DNA of 57,519 nt, counting the filler, from Sphacelaria rigidula (Eukaryota): NCBI GenBank assembly GCA_964200075.2. It is 7 parts of 7 records of this genome, joined end to end, with 100 filler letters (N's around TTAATTAATTAA, not from the genome) between each part and the next. Parts side by side here need not be neighbours in the genome. Positions count along the whole stretch, not along the records: positions 32,927 to 41,057 come from CAXNAA020012188.1; positions 41,158 to 49,288 come from CAXNAA020012189.1; 5 more parts are not named here. One strand, 5' to 3'. Shown piece after piece: positions 36,011 to 49,388 of the stretch (positions are counted from its first letter, which is position 1; the number at the start of each line of letters is the position of its first letter). The position numbers were made by a program, and so were the translations under genes. The notes under the pieces are model-generated. The model made no database searches. It was given only the letters and a program-made list of their open reading frames with translations, and was not told where the DNA came from.

Positions 36011-39000
36011 TCACCAATCCGGACACTTTCGTCGTCGGCCGCGTGTTCCTACCCTGCACCTACAACCAACTCCAATTATCGCATTCCCCGGCGCGCGGAG
36101 CAAGTTACGTATGCGGCGGCCGCTGGCTTGACATCATCTCTTCCACCAGCCCCGGCCGCATACTCAGCCGATTGGATCCCGGCGACCACATCGTCGCCCC
36201 CCGCTGCGCTTCAGGGGCTGGACCTACAAGACTACGAGCGGTCATGGCTGTCTCTGACGATTAGCGAACTTTCGGGGCCACACACTCCGCGCAACGTGCT
36301 GCGTTGCTCACTCACCGCACGAGAGTCTCTTACTTTACCCATCAACAGTGTCGTCGTGCCCTTTCTCCATCAAGGAGGGACGCTTCCGGACAGCGACCCC
36401 AGCAAGATCCCCCTCGGGCAATTGGTGCTTTATCTCACCATCGGCACCGGCCCCGACCGTGCCGACTACCACGACGCCGTGTTTACAGTTTTCGCGGCGC
36501 TACAGGCCGTGTATGACACTGCCTCATCTGCCGACGATGGAGGTTCGGCATACTTATCGCCGCAATGTTGACAACGACTATGACGAAAATCATGCTGGAG
36601 GTGCCCCCGTCGAGGCGGCAACGGACATTCCACCGACCACGCCAACAAGCACAGCGGACCCAACGCCGCAGTGCCCGCGGCAATAAACGCCCCGGATATC
36701 ATTCCTCCAGCTCTTCGGCGAGAAATTTCCGGAATCGCCCTGTACAACCGCTCCCCGCTTCAACTGTTGCCAGGCAAGTTACCCCTCGTTTAGCAGACGT
36801 ATTTGGACGTCTCTTGGGCCTTTCGGATAGCGACAGTTCGGATCGCCCACTGTCTTCAACATCGGCTAGATCTTTGGCTGCTGCGGCCACCGCTAAACAT
36901 CACGTCGAAGCCCAGAAAGCCGACGCCGTGGCACGTAAAGAGTCATCTCGTGTAGCCGCCATAAAAAGCGAACATCTGCAGATGGATGTAAAAAACTTTG
37001 GCATATCAATACGATGCCTGCCGCTGATCACGAAGACTCCGGTCAGTTTACTTCCGGACTCATTTCATCTATTCGTCGTACGATGAGAAACATCTTAGAA
37101 CGAGCCGATGCCACGGGAGTGCCATGTTTGGAGGATTCCGGCTGGGTTGACGGCTGGCAGGCTCCTTTGCGCGAAGCGACGCATCGTTCCATCAGTCGCC
37201 GTTCGTCAGATGTTGCCGCGTCATTAACGCAGATTGTCGACACATTCTTTGCCGCGCTGGACACGTACCGTTCCAACGGGACGCGAGCGCCGGTTGTTCA
37301 GTGATCTGGAGAGGCGCATTATAACTTATTTTGATACCAGCGACCAGGCCGGCGCATTCAAGCGCCTTAGTTCCTTCACGGTAGCGTCGAACGTTCCTTT
37401 CGCAGACTATCTGCGCGAATTCTAGCTTTTGGTTTCCAGCACCATTAGCTCTGGCGGTCAACACGGCCCGAGTGATGCCATGTGTCAAACGTGTGTTCGG
37501 AAAAGTATCGCGCAGCAGTTTCCTACGTTGATACCGTCTTTGTTCCCTGGTGCCCTGGCGCACAAAGAGGTGCCTTACACCTCTGTAGACGCAATGTGGA
37601 CTGCATTCGTAGATCACGAAAGCAATTTGACGCCTGCCATGGGTGGTACACCCTATTCTTCCATGTCTTCGCACTCTTACGCTGCTCTCTCCGCGACCAC
37701 CCCTGGTTCTCGTGGACGACAACAGACTTCGTCTCGTAGTACGTGGACACCCAAATCTGTTGGAGGATCAGTCATGAGAGTTGAGAGTCCGAAAAACTCC
37801 TCTCAGGCAAGCTTCGATGCTTGGCCTTATTCTACAGAGACTTGGGACGATGTCTACATTGTTTCGACTACCGCGTTTATCACGGACGACCCACGCTTGT
37901 GGACACCCTTGCTTCCGCCTTCGGATCGCAAGGACGCATTATGTCGCCATGCCAACACATGCATTAGCTGCAATGGTCATGGTCGCAGTATGCGTGACTG
38001 CCTCGAAGTTTGTTCCAACACTTTTCAGCTCATGAACCCTGAATTCCAGGACAAAAAGTCAGCATGGTGCCGGTGGCAAAAACGCATGCGAGATTACCGT
38101 ACACCTATTCGCACTTCTCGACAACACTCCAACGTTCACGGCACCATTCGCTCAAATCGCGAACGCCGCCCTGTCCATCATGACAGTTCTGGTTCTCGTC
38201 GGAAAGATAGCTCTTTCCGTCACCATCACAATTCAACTGACAGCCATCAGCGCACGGGGCCTCTTCGAATAAACTCGAACCCCAACGCCAGAAACCCTGG
38301 CTCTTTCACGACAGATCGTACTGATTCATGACGCGCCGACGCCGGCGTTATAGAGTCTTCGGCGCCGCCGATTGCACGGACGAAGACCACTACAGCACAC
38401 TCCGCGGAGCGAGTGATGAAACTTTCTCACTCCGTCTCCCCGACATTTTGTAAGAATTCAAAAGACGGCCGTTCACATCGAACCCCGTCATTATCCCTAT
38501 ACACAAAGCGTAACAGTTGTGCTGACTCATCACTCAGCTCTACGCCCGGATCTGGACTCGGTCCTCCAGACCTCATCGTGAATCTGAGGTGTGGGAAAAC
38601 CAACCGCCCGTCCCTGAGGCTCAGGCTTCCCTCAGTGGCCGCATGCACAGGCAGTAGTAGACCTCCTTCGACTGATTCACGTGTTGCTGGTCCAAAATTG
38701 ACCGCTTCGGATCATCCAACAACCACCCAGTCTGATCGAGCTCGTTCCTCGCGTTCCTCGTACCACGCGAAGCTACCCCTGAATGGTTCCCACGATCACC
38801 ACTCCAATCTACCTTCAGCTATGACATCTCGACCAAACTTGCCAGCGGACAAGCCACAAATTTCGGGAGAGCATGTCCCGATGCTGACCCCATCCATCCA
38901 ACTGGACGCAGTTGTGGTTTTCCAAGGCATCTTGGAAGTTCCCCGCCCTTCGTCACGGCGAGAGAGGAAGCCCCGTCAACGTGCCCCCAAAGAAGAGAGC

Positions 39001-40990
39001 GCACAAGCACGCCCACCTACCTCGAGCGGAAAATCTCGACCTCATTCTCTCCACAATGCGAAGACTTTGAGCTCGACGGCATGACTAGGCATCACCGTGG
39101 AATTAAAATCGGATATTTCTGACGTCACTGCCTCTTCAATGGATGACACCACACAGCATGAACCTCCTTTCGATGGTGACCCTACCTCTCCGAAGGCTAT
39201 CATCTACGAAATTGATCATAGCGACGACACAGGCCGTGCTCCACACAGGAATCCATCACAACCTATACCACCAGGAGACACACCTGATCTCCCGGCAGAT
39301 CACCCGCCGTCTGTTTTCGCCGTCAACCCGGCCGAACCAGACCTATTCAATTTGCCTGAACATGGTCCCGACCTTATCGGTGGTAAGTTTCTGTTGATCC
39401 AGCCACCTTCACCACCTGTCGCGCTAGACTGCGGACCCTATGCTACCGCACCTGCCAAATGCGTATCCTTGTTGGATAGTGGCAGCCCACAAACATTCAT
39501 AGGCGAATCAATGTGACAACATATGATACAGCACGGCGCTGCTTCGAAAATTTGTGAAATCACCACCCAACCCCTTGTACCGGGCGGTTTTGGTGACTCC
39601 AACACACCCTTGACAACCCGGAAATCAGTACGTCTTAGTGTACAATTTTCCCACAACGACACACGTTCTACCAGTCTCGCAGTATGGGCACATATTGTCC
39701 CCGACAGCACTATGAACCACGCCTTGTCATTCGGCAGCGACAGTTACGTGCGGTTTGATCAACGAACTTACCGCACGCTCCCACCGCTCTCGTCACATCT
39801 ACGCCTTGCGGTGAACTCAACCTCGAACACTTCGGTACACTCCACGGCGCCTTGGCCTATCGCGAAAATGATCAAGTCACTGGAGCTGCTTACCACCTGC
39901 GTTATGCAGGTAGTGCGGGCGTTACCCTCTCCGACGATCCTCAACTCTTAGAAGTTGCTCTCGTCCACCGGAATGACATGCCTGCACTTACAGGCCACTA
40001 CCTCACAGAATTCCTCCCTAAGGTTGCTGCGCCTGTCGGCACTGCGCATTTTTTCTCCGCAGGAGAACAACTGTTGCCTCTTACAGGACACGCTAACTTG
40101 GACCCTGGTGATGTTTTGGGCATCGCTGCGGCTCCCCTCATGCGCGTTCCGCTCCAGACCTGTGTCGCTGACACCCCGACGCCCGACGACGCGCCCCCGA
40201 CGGTCGGTTCTGTCCATCGCGTTGATGAGCGTTATTTCGACCTTCGCTCCTCCTCCCCGCCACAGGTTAACACGGTGGATCCTGTTCGCCTACCGTCCAA
40301 TCTTCCTGATGACGTGCTGCAACGCCCATCACCAGAGTCTCGGACAAGTTTTTTGCAAATGTGGCACCAACTACCGCCCCATTTACGTGACATCAACTTT
40401 GACCTTCACGAACTCGGCTGGGAACCCGCTGTAATCAAGGACTTGTACAATGTTCCACTGGAATACCAAGATCACTTTTTCCGCACCAAGACGGATTCAG
40501 GGCATTGTAAAACGCTGCCCTTCGAGATCACCTTGCAACCCGGTGTTGCGCCAATTTCTTCTTGGCCATATCGGACAAACCCCCTCCTCAATAAAAAAAG
40601 TCAATGCCATTTTGGATGCATACTTGGGAGCCGGTTTCATCCAACACTCGCCCTCCCCATGGGCTTCACCTCTCGTGGTTGTCCCCGGAAGGATGGGAAC
40701 ATACGTATCACGGTCAATCACAAACGGCTGAATCGCGTCACTGTCGTGGGAAAACTCCTGATTCCCCGCATTGATGAAGTTTTCGACTCACTCGGCGAAG
40801 GAAAATGTTCAGCACCTTCGATCTCGCTTCTGGATTTTTCCAGAACGCCATCCACCCTGATACAGTCCCTCCAACAGCGTTCTGTACTTCTTCAGGACTC
40901 AACGAATGGCTCCGTATGCCACAAGGCGCCGCCACTGTACCAGGTTGTTTCCAACGCCTGAAGCAACGAGTTACCGACGGCCTCGAACAC
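36011..40990 (+). mobile_element. Decayed Ty3/Gypsy gag-pol (gag, aspartic protease, N-terminal part of RT)
   Basis: Knuckle CISCNGHGRSMRDC; protease LLDSGSPQTFI; RT PYRTNP, SPSPWASPLVVVP, KDGNIRITVNHKRLN, IPRIDEVFDSL, FSTFDLASGFFQ, TAFCT..G..EWLRMPQG; truncated before YxDD; stops and frameshifts. Confidence 0.93.
38329..38388 (+). promoter_or_regulatory. Candidate gag-pol UGA readthrough signal (stop + pseudoknot), copy 2
   Basis: TGA 38329-38331; CGGCGT(38343-48)/GCGCCG(38362-67); GTCTTCG(38355-61)/CGAAGAC(38381-87); downstream pol ORFs lie in the gag frame. Confidence 0.6.
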
Positions 40991-41057
40991 CTCATAACAG
41001 CAAATTGTGAGAATTGAGGTTTAACTCTGAATTGAGGCTCAAGTGGGCAACCCAACT

Positions 41058-41157
41058 NNNNNNNNNNNNNNNNNNNNNNNNNNNNNNNNNNNNNNNNNNN
41101 NTTAATTAATTAANNNNNNNNNNNNNNNNNNNNNNNNNNNNNNNNNNNNNNNNNNNN
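41058..41157. other. Artificial contig spacer
   Basis: Same 100-bp structure. Confidence 0.98.
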
Positions 41158-41305
41158 ACGCTGGGATTTCGCCGGACCAGCCTCGTACTCAATCACCAAG
41201 CGCGAAGCGCCGTGGTGTATTCGGCGAGTCGCATGAAGGGTGAGCTCCATCCTGCTAAGATTGTTCGGCCCGCAGGGTGGATAATCTTGCATTTGGATGA
41301 CAGCC
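41158..41305 (+). repeat. Copy of the CATCCCTAC-family repeat at the contig edge
   Basis: Aligns with 1235-1396 (TCACCAAGCG...GTCGCATGAAGGGTGAGCT.CATCC.GCTAA...GGATGACAGCC). Confidence 0.85.
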
Positions 41306-41559
41306 CTTTGTCAGCCTTCACAACATCCTCATTATCATAGAGTGCCCTCGTAGGCACAAACTCCTAGACACGCCAGGGTATCAACCAAGTGTCCTCGGTC
41401 ATTATCCAGATCATCACTACCCACTCAACGTAACGGCGTAATTTTGTCACAGCACCTCCGAAGCGCGTTGGACTAAAGTCGATCAACAAGCTTGACACAT
41501 AGAAAACGCCAAAACGATGAGTATGTCATAACTGAATAACAAACACCCGGAATGCGAGC

Positions 41560-43130
41560 AGTAACGACACGAGTCCCGCGCAATTGACGCAACTCCTTTG
41601 TGAGAAATTCCGGAGCGGTCTCAAAAATATACTTGAAAGGCTCTCACGTACGCTCCTCAACTTCGAAACCAACCCAGTCTACCAACACGATCAACTTACG
41701 ATCGTCTTCTTCTGCCACTCGGACAATACCAGCCATCTGAAATTGCCTCTGAAAGCATACTGGAACACGTCCTTAACGTTCGCCGTAACATCAAGCTACG
41801 AGTCTGCATGAAAACGCAAACGAGCTACATGGGCGGTCTAAACACGACCCGAAACAATGTTCTGAATCTCAAACTCGTGCGGGTGGTGAGTACCAATCAC
41901 TCTCCATGGACCAGTCCACGTGTACGACCAAACATCACGTGGCACGGCGTACTATCGTAACGACGACGATACACTGTATTAAGTGCCCATTACACCGTAG
42001 GCAACTATCCACCCACTCGGAAACCGCTTTACGCTGCTCGAGAAGAATAGAGCGAAGGGCACGAACTACTTCCTTGACCACGCGTTCGCATGTGCCGTTA
42101 GACCACGGAGAATACGCTACGGCGAACTGGTGATCAACGCGCAAAGCCTCTCACAATCGGGCCAAGATCGCACTCTTGAAATGCGTGGCGGTATCACTCA
42201 CCCACACACGCGGCAACCCCAAAGTTTCGCACAAATTCAGCAAAGATGCAGCAGTCGATTCAGCAATACACACTGCTACTGGTTCCAGAGTCACGAAGTT
42301 GCTCAAATCATCCATGATTGCCAAAATATATCGAAACCCAGCATCCTCCGATAAAGCTTGGGAAGCTAGCGGGCCACTCTCGTCCACGTCCAACGATTCA
42401 GAATGAACGATTTCATTCGGCGTGGTCCCATGGACCGTTTCGCCGAGCGGGCGGGGAACAACATCACCCTCCCTTGAGTCAGCGTAGTGAAGACATTGGC
42501 GGACAAATTCGCGCACATGAATTTCTATCCCCTGCCAGACACAAAACTCTTGCAAGCACACGAGCGTCGCAGCCACACCACGATGCCCGGCGTCGCGCAT
42601 ATGCGTGCAACTCATCAGACGTACCTGAAACTACTTGTCAGAACTCGGAATCCAAAAGACGTTTCGGCCACGCATATGTACACAAAACAGACCTTCATTG
42701 TCCAAGTAGCAGTACCAACCTCCGACTCGAAAGATTGCACATCCGCATCTTCGGCCCCAAGGTTTTTTCGTTGCGCTTGGCGGGCAACAGATTTGGGCAG
42801 CATCGAGTCATCAGGTTCTTTAACCATCCACAGCCACAGCGCGCACAGGCATTTGAATTTCAACTGTACGCACTTGCATGACCAAACTACCTCAATGGCA
42901 CTCAGATGCATCCGGGAACAAAAACACCTGGCAATCAGGACGAGGATGGAACAGCGTCACGGCATGGGCCACCAGATCCTTCGCTGCCGCCCACGCCTGC
43001 AGCCTGCCCCCCGTCCACGATGCAGCCTCCATTGGAAACGCCATATCTGGACTGAACCACCCCGCCTGCAGATTCTGTAACACCAGCCCGAGCGCCAAAA
43101 GAGCCGCCATGCGCAACGCCAACCAACTCG
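41560..43130 (-). mobile_element. Decayed Ty3/Gypsy pol remnant: RT-RNase H connection, integrase, chromodomain
   Basis: LFHP..VFLFPDAS; H...GHRG...W...V..FVRQCLH; YILAIMDDLS; LPRVWVSDTATHF; YSPWSNGTCER; WTGPWRV; VLVDWVGFEVEERT*EPF (chromo-like); RNase H largely deleted. Confidence 0.9.
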
Positions 43131-43477
43131 ACTTCACTAGATCGTACCGTCGCGGCTTTGTCTTGACAACCTGTATCACCACGCGCTCGTCCGGCGATGG
43201 TCGCGCATACCAAGTTGTCGACGTATGTACCATGTCGAAGTAATCAATGAAATGAGAAGAGGGTAACAGCATAACGAGCCTTAGAATATGCAGAAATGTC
43301 GTTAGTACATAGTAGCGTGCTGTGTATGTGCCCTGCTTCGTCGTTGTCGGGTAGTCATGCTGTCGACATTACACTATTGGAGAGGGGATTTTATTCACAA
43401 AGCATTGCACGGGTGTGACTTATCGAGATGTACACATCACCTTGGCAGCTGTAATGAAGCTCGACTCGTCATCGCGA

Positions 43478-46400
43478 TCACCGATGGTCCAGAAGCACCC
43501 GCTGAACTGCGCCCTCGTCGATCATGCTTTCAAGACCCGCTAAGGCTATCTCTTCTGGCGTACTCCCGCTCCATTTTTCCTCGTATGAGTACCGGCAAGA
43601 TTTCGCATCGAAGGTGTTGCCTGTTGCCCCACAACCTTCCCCGCGAAATCTTTGGCCCCTTGCCAAGCTGCCCTCGCACGGCATTGATCCTTTATGTACA
43701 CTGTCGGTGCGCGAACCTTCCTCTGTAGTAACGTTCCCTCGGGTATATTCCGCGCGCGAGGACGGGGGCTCTGTGGGTATCGGATGCCTCGAGAACGACC
43801 TCAGCATGGTCGATGAAGGCCTGTGAAGGATTCAAGGACATCAATACGGCATTGCTGCGGGTATTCTTGATCGCTGACGTCTTCATCTTCCATATCGAAG
43901 GATTCTTCGTGCTCTGCTTCATGTATGCAGACATGGGCATCCCCAGGGCGGCGATGGTCGCGAGGGGGACGGCTCGCTGGTTGTCGTTGCTCACGGTATC
44001 AGCTCTTGTCTGTCACTCGCCATTGGATGAATATCGTGAATCCAAACCATGATGTCCCCAGGAGTGAACATACCGTCGAACGAGAATGCCCTCTCCCATG
44101 GGCATGGCGATCTTCGCGCGATCACAACAGGTACAAGGTCCCGGCCCCCATTTTCGCTAGGATTAACGCACATGAGCGCGGTAGAACCGTAAGGCAGATG
44201 ACACTGCATGCGCCGGAAAGTGTTTTCCAGTTTCAGCTCCCGTGTACTGACTGACTCATCCCGGTCTGTGCGCCTCGCCCATTCCACTGGTGCCGGAATC
44301 ACTCCTTGCCGGATCAGTGGACACATGTGCCCCTGGCCAGTGCGGCATCTGTGGCACCTTCTCCGAGAACAGGGAAGCAGTCAATGTGGATCGAGTGGTC
44401 CTCAGAGTCGGTAGGAGTCCTCCTGTTGTTTGTCTGTTGATAGCAAGTGACGAGATACAGTCGCTATTCACGGATAGCAGCCCATGTGCTCTTTGTGTGG
44501 CGCCCGGTTGTGGTTGCTCTTCGCCTAATCTCATTTATTAGTCGACACAATTTCCTACCTATTCATCACGTCATCTCAGGTAGAAACGTTTCACATTCCC
44601 TACGCTTCTGTGGCTAAAGTCTCACCCGCAAGATAGCTGGTATGCTGCCACCATTCCTGGGGTTGACGTTGCGGCGATCCGAGATTGCGACATGCAACCG
44701 GTCACGTGGATAGCCCGAAGTGGCGATTGTGCAGATGGGCGTGTTGCCGCTACATCCGTTTCTCGGACGAGCATCATCTTCCGTCCGATGAGTGTATTCT
44801 TCTGTTTTATCAGCGCGAATGTTGTCGTTTAGTCGTTGGGGTCGTTCGCGCCCTGAGTTGCACATACACACGAGCAAACAACACGGGGTGTATGATCGGG
44901 ATCAGTGCAACTTCATGTAATGATGGCACTGTCAATCAAATGGCGACGCTTTGGGTCGTGCACGGCCTCTCGCATCCCTAATGCACCTAATACACACGCG
45001 AGCGCTACCCCGCTGCGGACCCGTACTTCCTGTGCAGAAATGCACGGCATTGTACCCTTTGCAGCAGGCGATGTGACAATGACACTCGCCTTTGTGGTAT
45101 TCGCCATCAGCAGCTGCCCACCACCTATCTTCGCGGAGAAGTCCTGCGCTGTAGTCTTGTCGACTTCTCGAAGCTCGAAGTCTAGCTCAAGCACAAATGT
45201 CTCGAAGAGATCGAAGGAGCTCAGGATCCGCATTCGCCCTGTAAGGACCTGATGCGTGGCGAATGTCTTCACCACGTCGCCTTCGCTGTCCGACACGCTC
45301 TTGCCATGGCAGGCGTCAAAGTAGTGTGCTTCGATGTGGATACGGCTGCCCGGTTGGTCGATGACGTACACTTTACAGTCACCGATGTGCCCGAATGCCA
45401 TCGCACACTCGAACTGTTTCCCGCAATTGTCCGTCACAACAGTCACACGTATCATGGGTGTGGCTCCGACTCTCTCAAGCATGGATGGTATTTCTGTCTG
45501 CAGTAGTCGGGTGAAGGTGTGTTGCACCCAGGTATTGTCTTGCGATTTGTCGTCGCTCAGCACAACAAACGAGCATACCCATACCTTACCGTTGAGCTTG
45601 AAAAACACTGGGACCGGAAACAGCGTTGTGGAATCGAGATTCCAGTGTTGGCATTGAACCTCATCCTGCTCGTCACGTTTATAGCGCTCTTGGAAGCCTG
45701 TTACCATGATCACGTGTCCATCTTCGAGAGTCGCGATCAACTCATTGATGGCCACACGCTGGAGCTGTTTTTGTCGTCGATGAGGGAATAGGCGTTCCGC
45801 AGTGGACCTCACATCCTTGAACAATTCAGTTACAGAACCACTCCTCCACACCGCCGCCTGATTCGACCAAAGAAAGTTCACAGACAAATGGTATGTGGTA
45901 GAGACGATAGTGAGATGGGGTCCCAGTACGTTCGTCTCGTAGGCCGGGGTCTGCAGGAAATGTGTACCTCACTTTGTCATCGTTCACGGTGACCGCCACT
46001 AAGGAAGGGATTGCAGCTACGCTTCTTCTGTGTTCATTTCCGCCCTAATTCATGTCGATATTCACCTGTGATGTCGTCATTCCGGTTTCGAAAACTGGCT
46101 TCAGGGGGGTAAGCTGAGCGAGCGGAAACGTATTGAATGACTACAGGCTTGGATGGCTTTGATAAATGCGGTATATGTAGTGATTATGTATTGGACTGTG
46201 CACTGCGTTTGTTTTCCTTATTCTCAGTGATGAAACTCGCGAGATACTACGCGAGTGGGAGTACGTATATTTGGTGATACCAACATGCATTATCGACAGA
46301 GTCTGGATGCGATGAATGTTGATCTACGTGGTAAATTTGGTCATGCGAGCAATTCTCGACAGATACCAAGGAAACGAATGTTGCTTGAACGATCGGGGGT

Positions 46401-46787
46401 GGTGACGATTGTTTCCCTCGACGGGTGGCCGTCTCGAGCATTGGCACGTGTGGCGAGAATCGGAGTGGTCGCTTTTGAAGGTCTATAATTGATACGTCCC
46501 AGCGGCTGCGTACCAGCGGTTTACACATTGTGATGACACCATCGTATGTGGAATCTTACTACGAAAGGGGGGTGGGGGTTGATGGCATGACAGAACAGTC
46601 TCATGTGTGTGGCTGACGACCTGCAACACTCGCGGTGCGGTTGTATTCGACTTAAAGCGGTGTATATGGATGTGTGCATGAGCGTTCATCAGAAATGATG
46701 GGGTCAATAATCTAAAAACCGTTGCTGCTGTTGAGCACGGTTTGACTTTTGTTTTCGTGAAGCAGGAAGACGCCCAAGAGGAGCGCG

Positions 46788-46818
<31 letters not shown>

Positions 46819-48755
46819 TTCTCTATTGTAAGATGACTCTTTCCATCTGGATCACATTAACGTAAAACACACCTTTCGAGATTGTGTTTGTGTCCCCGTT
46901 CCTTGAGGCTCCCATGACTCATCGCCGTCGTTGTCATCGTTGGCTCAGGGACGTCTGCCCTACCGTTGCGGTCGACGAATCTCGTTCCTGTTCTCATCCC
47001 CAGGGACACACGCCTCCCATTTCATTTCTGATCTTCGAACGATGTCCGGTATACTCTCCACATCTTCCGCAGACTGTCGATGACGAGGGTAGTCGAAGAA
47101 GCGCCGTTGACGTTTGTCGCGTTCTCCGCATGATCCCATTACACATGCGTTCAGGTGTGCTGTGACCTCACTCCCTCCCGTGGTCTTGTATTGCTTCACC
47201 TTCTCACAGAGGAGCTTGTTGCAGAGCTCTCCCATGCTGTGGACGTCTTTAACGCTCATGGTTGGCAGGAAAGCTCTACATCCGCCGTTGGCGCAAAGAT
47301 CACACCGGCATGTGCATGGCGACCCAGCAGTCTCGCCGCAGTGAAGTCGTGGCCACATTCGCATGAGCGATCTCATGATCAGCTTACCCTTGTAGCAAAT
47401 GTGAGTACAGACAGCATCTCGCAGTCTGTTTGACTACATAGAATGGCATCAACTTCGCGAAGGTAGATCTTGATATATGACCAGTCTCCACTTTTCCCTC
47501 CCGGAACTATGTGGTCATCGCGGAGGCGGCAGCGTGGGACAGTAATAGATGCTTCACATGAGGTCCACGGCGGGAGGGCTGATCTAACACGGTATGACAC
47601 TCCTTCCACGCGGGTTAGCATATGATGGACTCGCAGGTCAGGTGTCACATGCTGCTGCGTCAACTCTGTTAAACTTTGTTACGTAAGCTCGTCCATGCGT
47701 TGTGGATATAGGGCGTCCTATCTAAGCTGCCTTCTCATACGCTCCGGAGCGAACAACGACGTCATATTTGATATCGGGCGGTGACGTCGAATGTTACAAG
47801 TATGCTGCACTGTATATGTTCTACGTGATGAATATGTCGAGCTTACCGCCTCTTGTTGGGAATTGTTAACTTTCTCATGTAGGTCCGTCTCGGAGCCCAG
47901 CAGAAACCGCACGCCCAACGTAGGGCATCTGTCGGGTTGGAGGCATTGGAGGGACTACAGGGGATCGGCGATATCGTTCGCACTGAAGTCGTGTTTCGTC
48001 TTGGTGTCACAGGGAGATGGTTGCGTGTTATCGTCGATGACGTCGGCTATCATCGCTGTTGCCTTGGGATTCCGAATGTCGAAGCAGTCACAACGTCTCC
48101 GTCGTTTCCCCGTCCTGTCGCGAATGAAGGGGGTCTTTTTGAGAAGGTCTATATACGATAGACAGTAAGAGGAACAATGTCATTGGCATGATACCGAAAT
48201 ACAGCCGATTTATCTATTGACGAACGTGTACATGTCATGGGTGGACGTCGCTCGCTATTCTGGTGTCGACCTCTTACCACACACTCGCCACTGTTTCCGT
48301 ACGCGATATCGGATGCCGCTAGTGTATATCTTTCGCACTTACACTTACAATTCAGCGGCGTCTCCGGCAGTCAGTGCTCGTTTTCTTCTGGTTGAACACT
48401 CTCCCACGAAAGTTCTCTGTTGTGGCCCGATTGCTTGGGTGAGGGCTCCGTGTGATACTCCACTCGCCGATATTGCTGCGCCGAGTACTCGACGAGCACG
48501 TAACCCTGCTTTCGAGGCTACAATAGCGGGAGTAGATAGCCATTGGTTCATCTCCTTGATGGCCTCGACGATCGCCACCATATCTTCATTCGATGGCCCA
48601 TCGGCATGGACTACACCCTTCTTGCGAAATTTCTCAAAGTATCTGTGGTCGATGAGCGTCTTGATAACCCTATCTCGGATGGCATCATCCTCCTCTGATT
48701 CGCCATCCTCGTTCTTTTCACGTGGGGTCGTTACGGCGTTGTCGATAGATTCCAA
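43478..48755 (-). mobile_element. Decayed Sola2-like DNA transposon transposase gene, split by introns or insertions
   Basis: Core ORF 44913-45887 has QDEVQCQHW, SFVVLSDDKSQD, VTDNCGKQF, YFDACHGKSVSDSEG..VK; Cys-rich N-terminal part at 46960-47450; KRRRRCD...NTQPSP near 48000-48150; outer pieces are less certain. Confidence 0.75.
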
Positions 48756-49288
48756 GATTTTTCACTGTATAGCATCGGATCTAGAATGTCTCAGTGTTGG
48801 TGCGGCTGATAACGCAGGCTCCATACTGCGTATATGATGTCCAATTGCAACAATATTGGGTAACTGATGCATCATGTTTGTCTCGTCGTTGGTTTTGCGA
48901 ACCGGTGTTTGAGCGGTAGGTTCGTCTTGGATTTCACGACTCGAATGATGTGCGATTGTTGGTGGATATTAATTACGTTCTGCTATCCGGTCTAATTAGT
49001 CCATGTTAATATATGGGGATTCATGTTCATGAATGCTGAGCGATGTTGTGCTTCAGGTCGATATGGACATGTACTTTCAAATACTATTTTATATACGCGG
49101 TATGCTTCTATTCTTATATCATTCTCCTGTTATCGCCATATCGTATTCGGTTCCAACCGTGCGCTGTAAAAAATGATCGCGGGCACTGAAGGGAGCGGGT
49201 TCACCACTTCACGGTCGACATATAACAGCCGATTTTATATTTTGGGGTTCAAACAAAATATGGGGCTGAAGTGGCATATCTGTCTTGA

Positions 49289-49388
49289 NNNNNNNNNNNN
49301 NNNNNNNNNNNNNNNNNNNNNNNNNNNNNNNNTTAATTAATTAANNNNNNNNNNNNNNNNNNNNNNNNNNNNNNNNNNNNNNNNNNNN
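49289..49388. other. Artificial contig spacer
   Basis: Same 100-bp structure. Confidence 0.98.
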
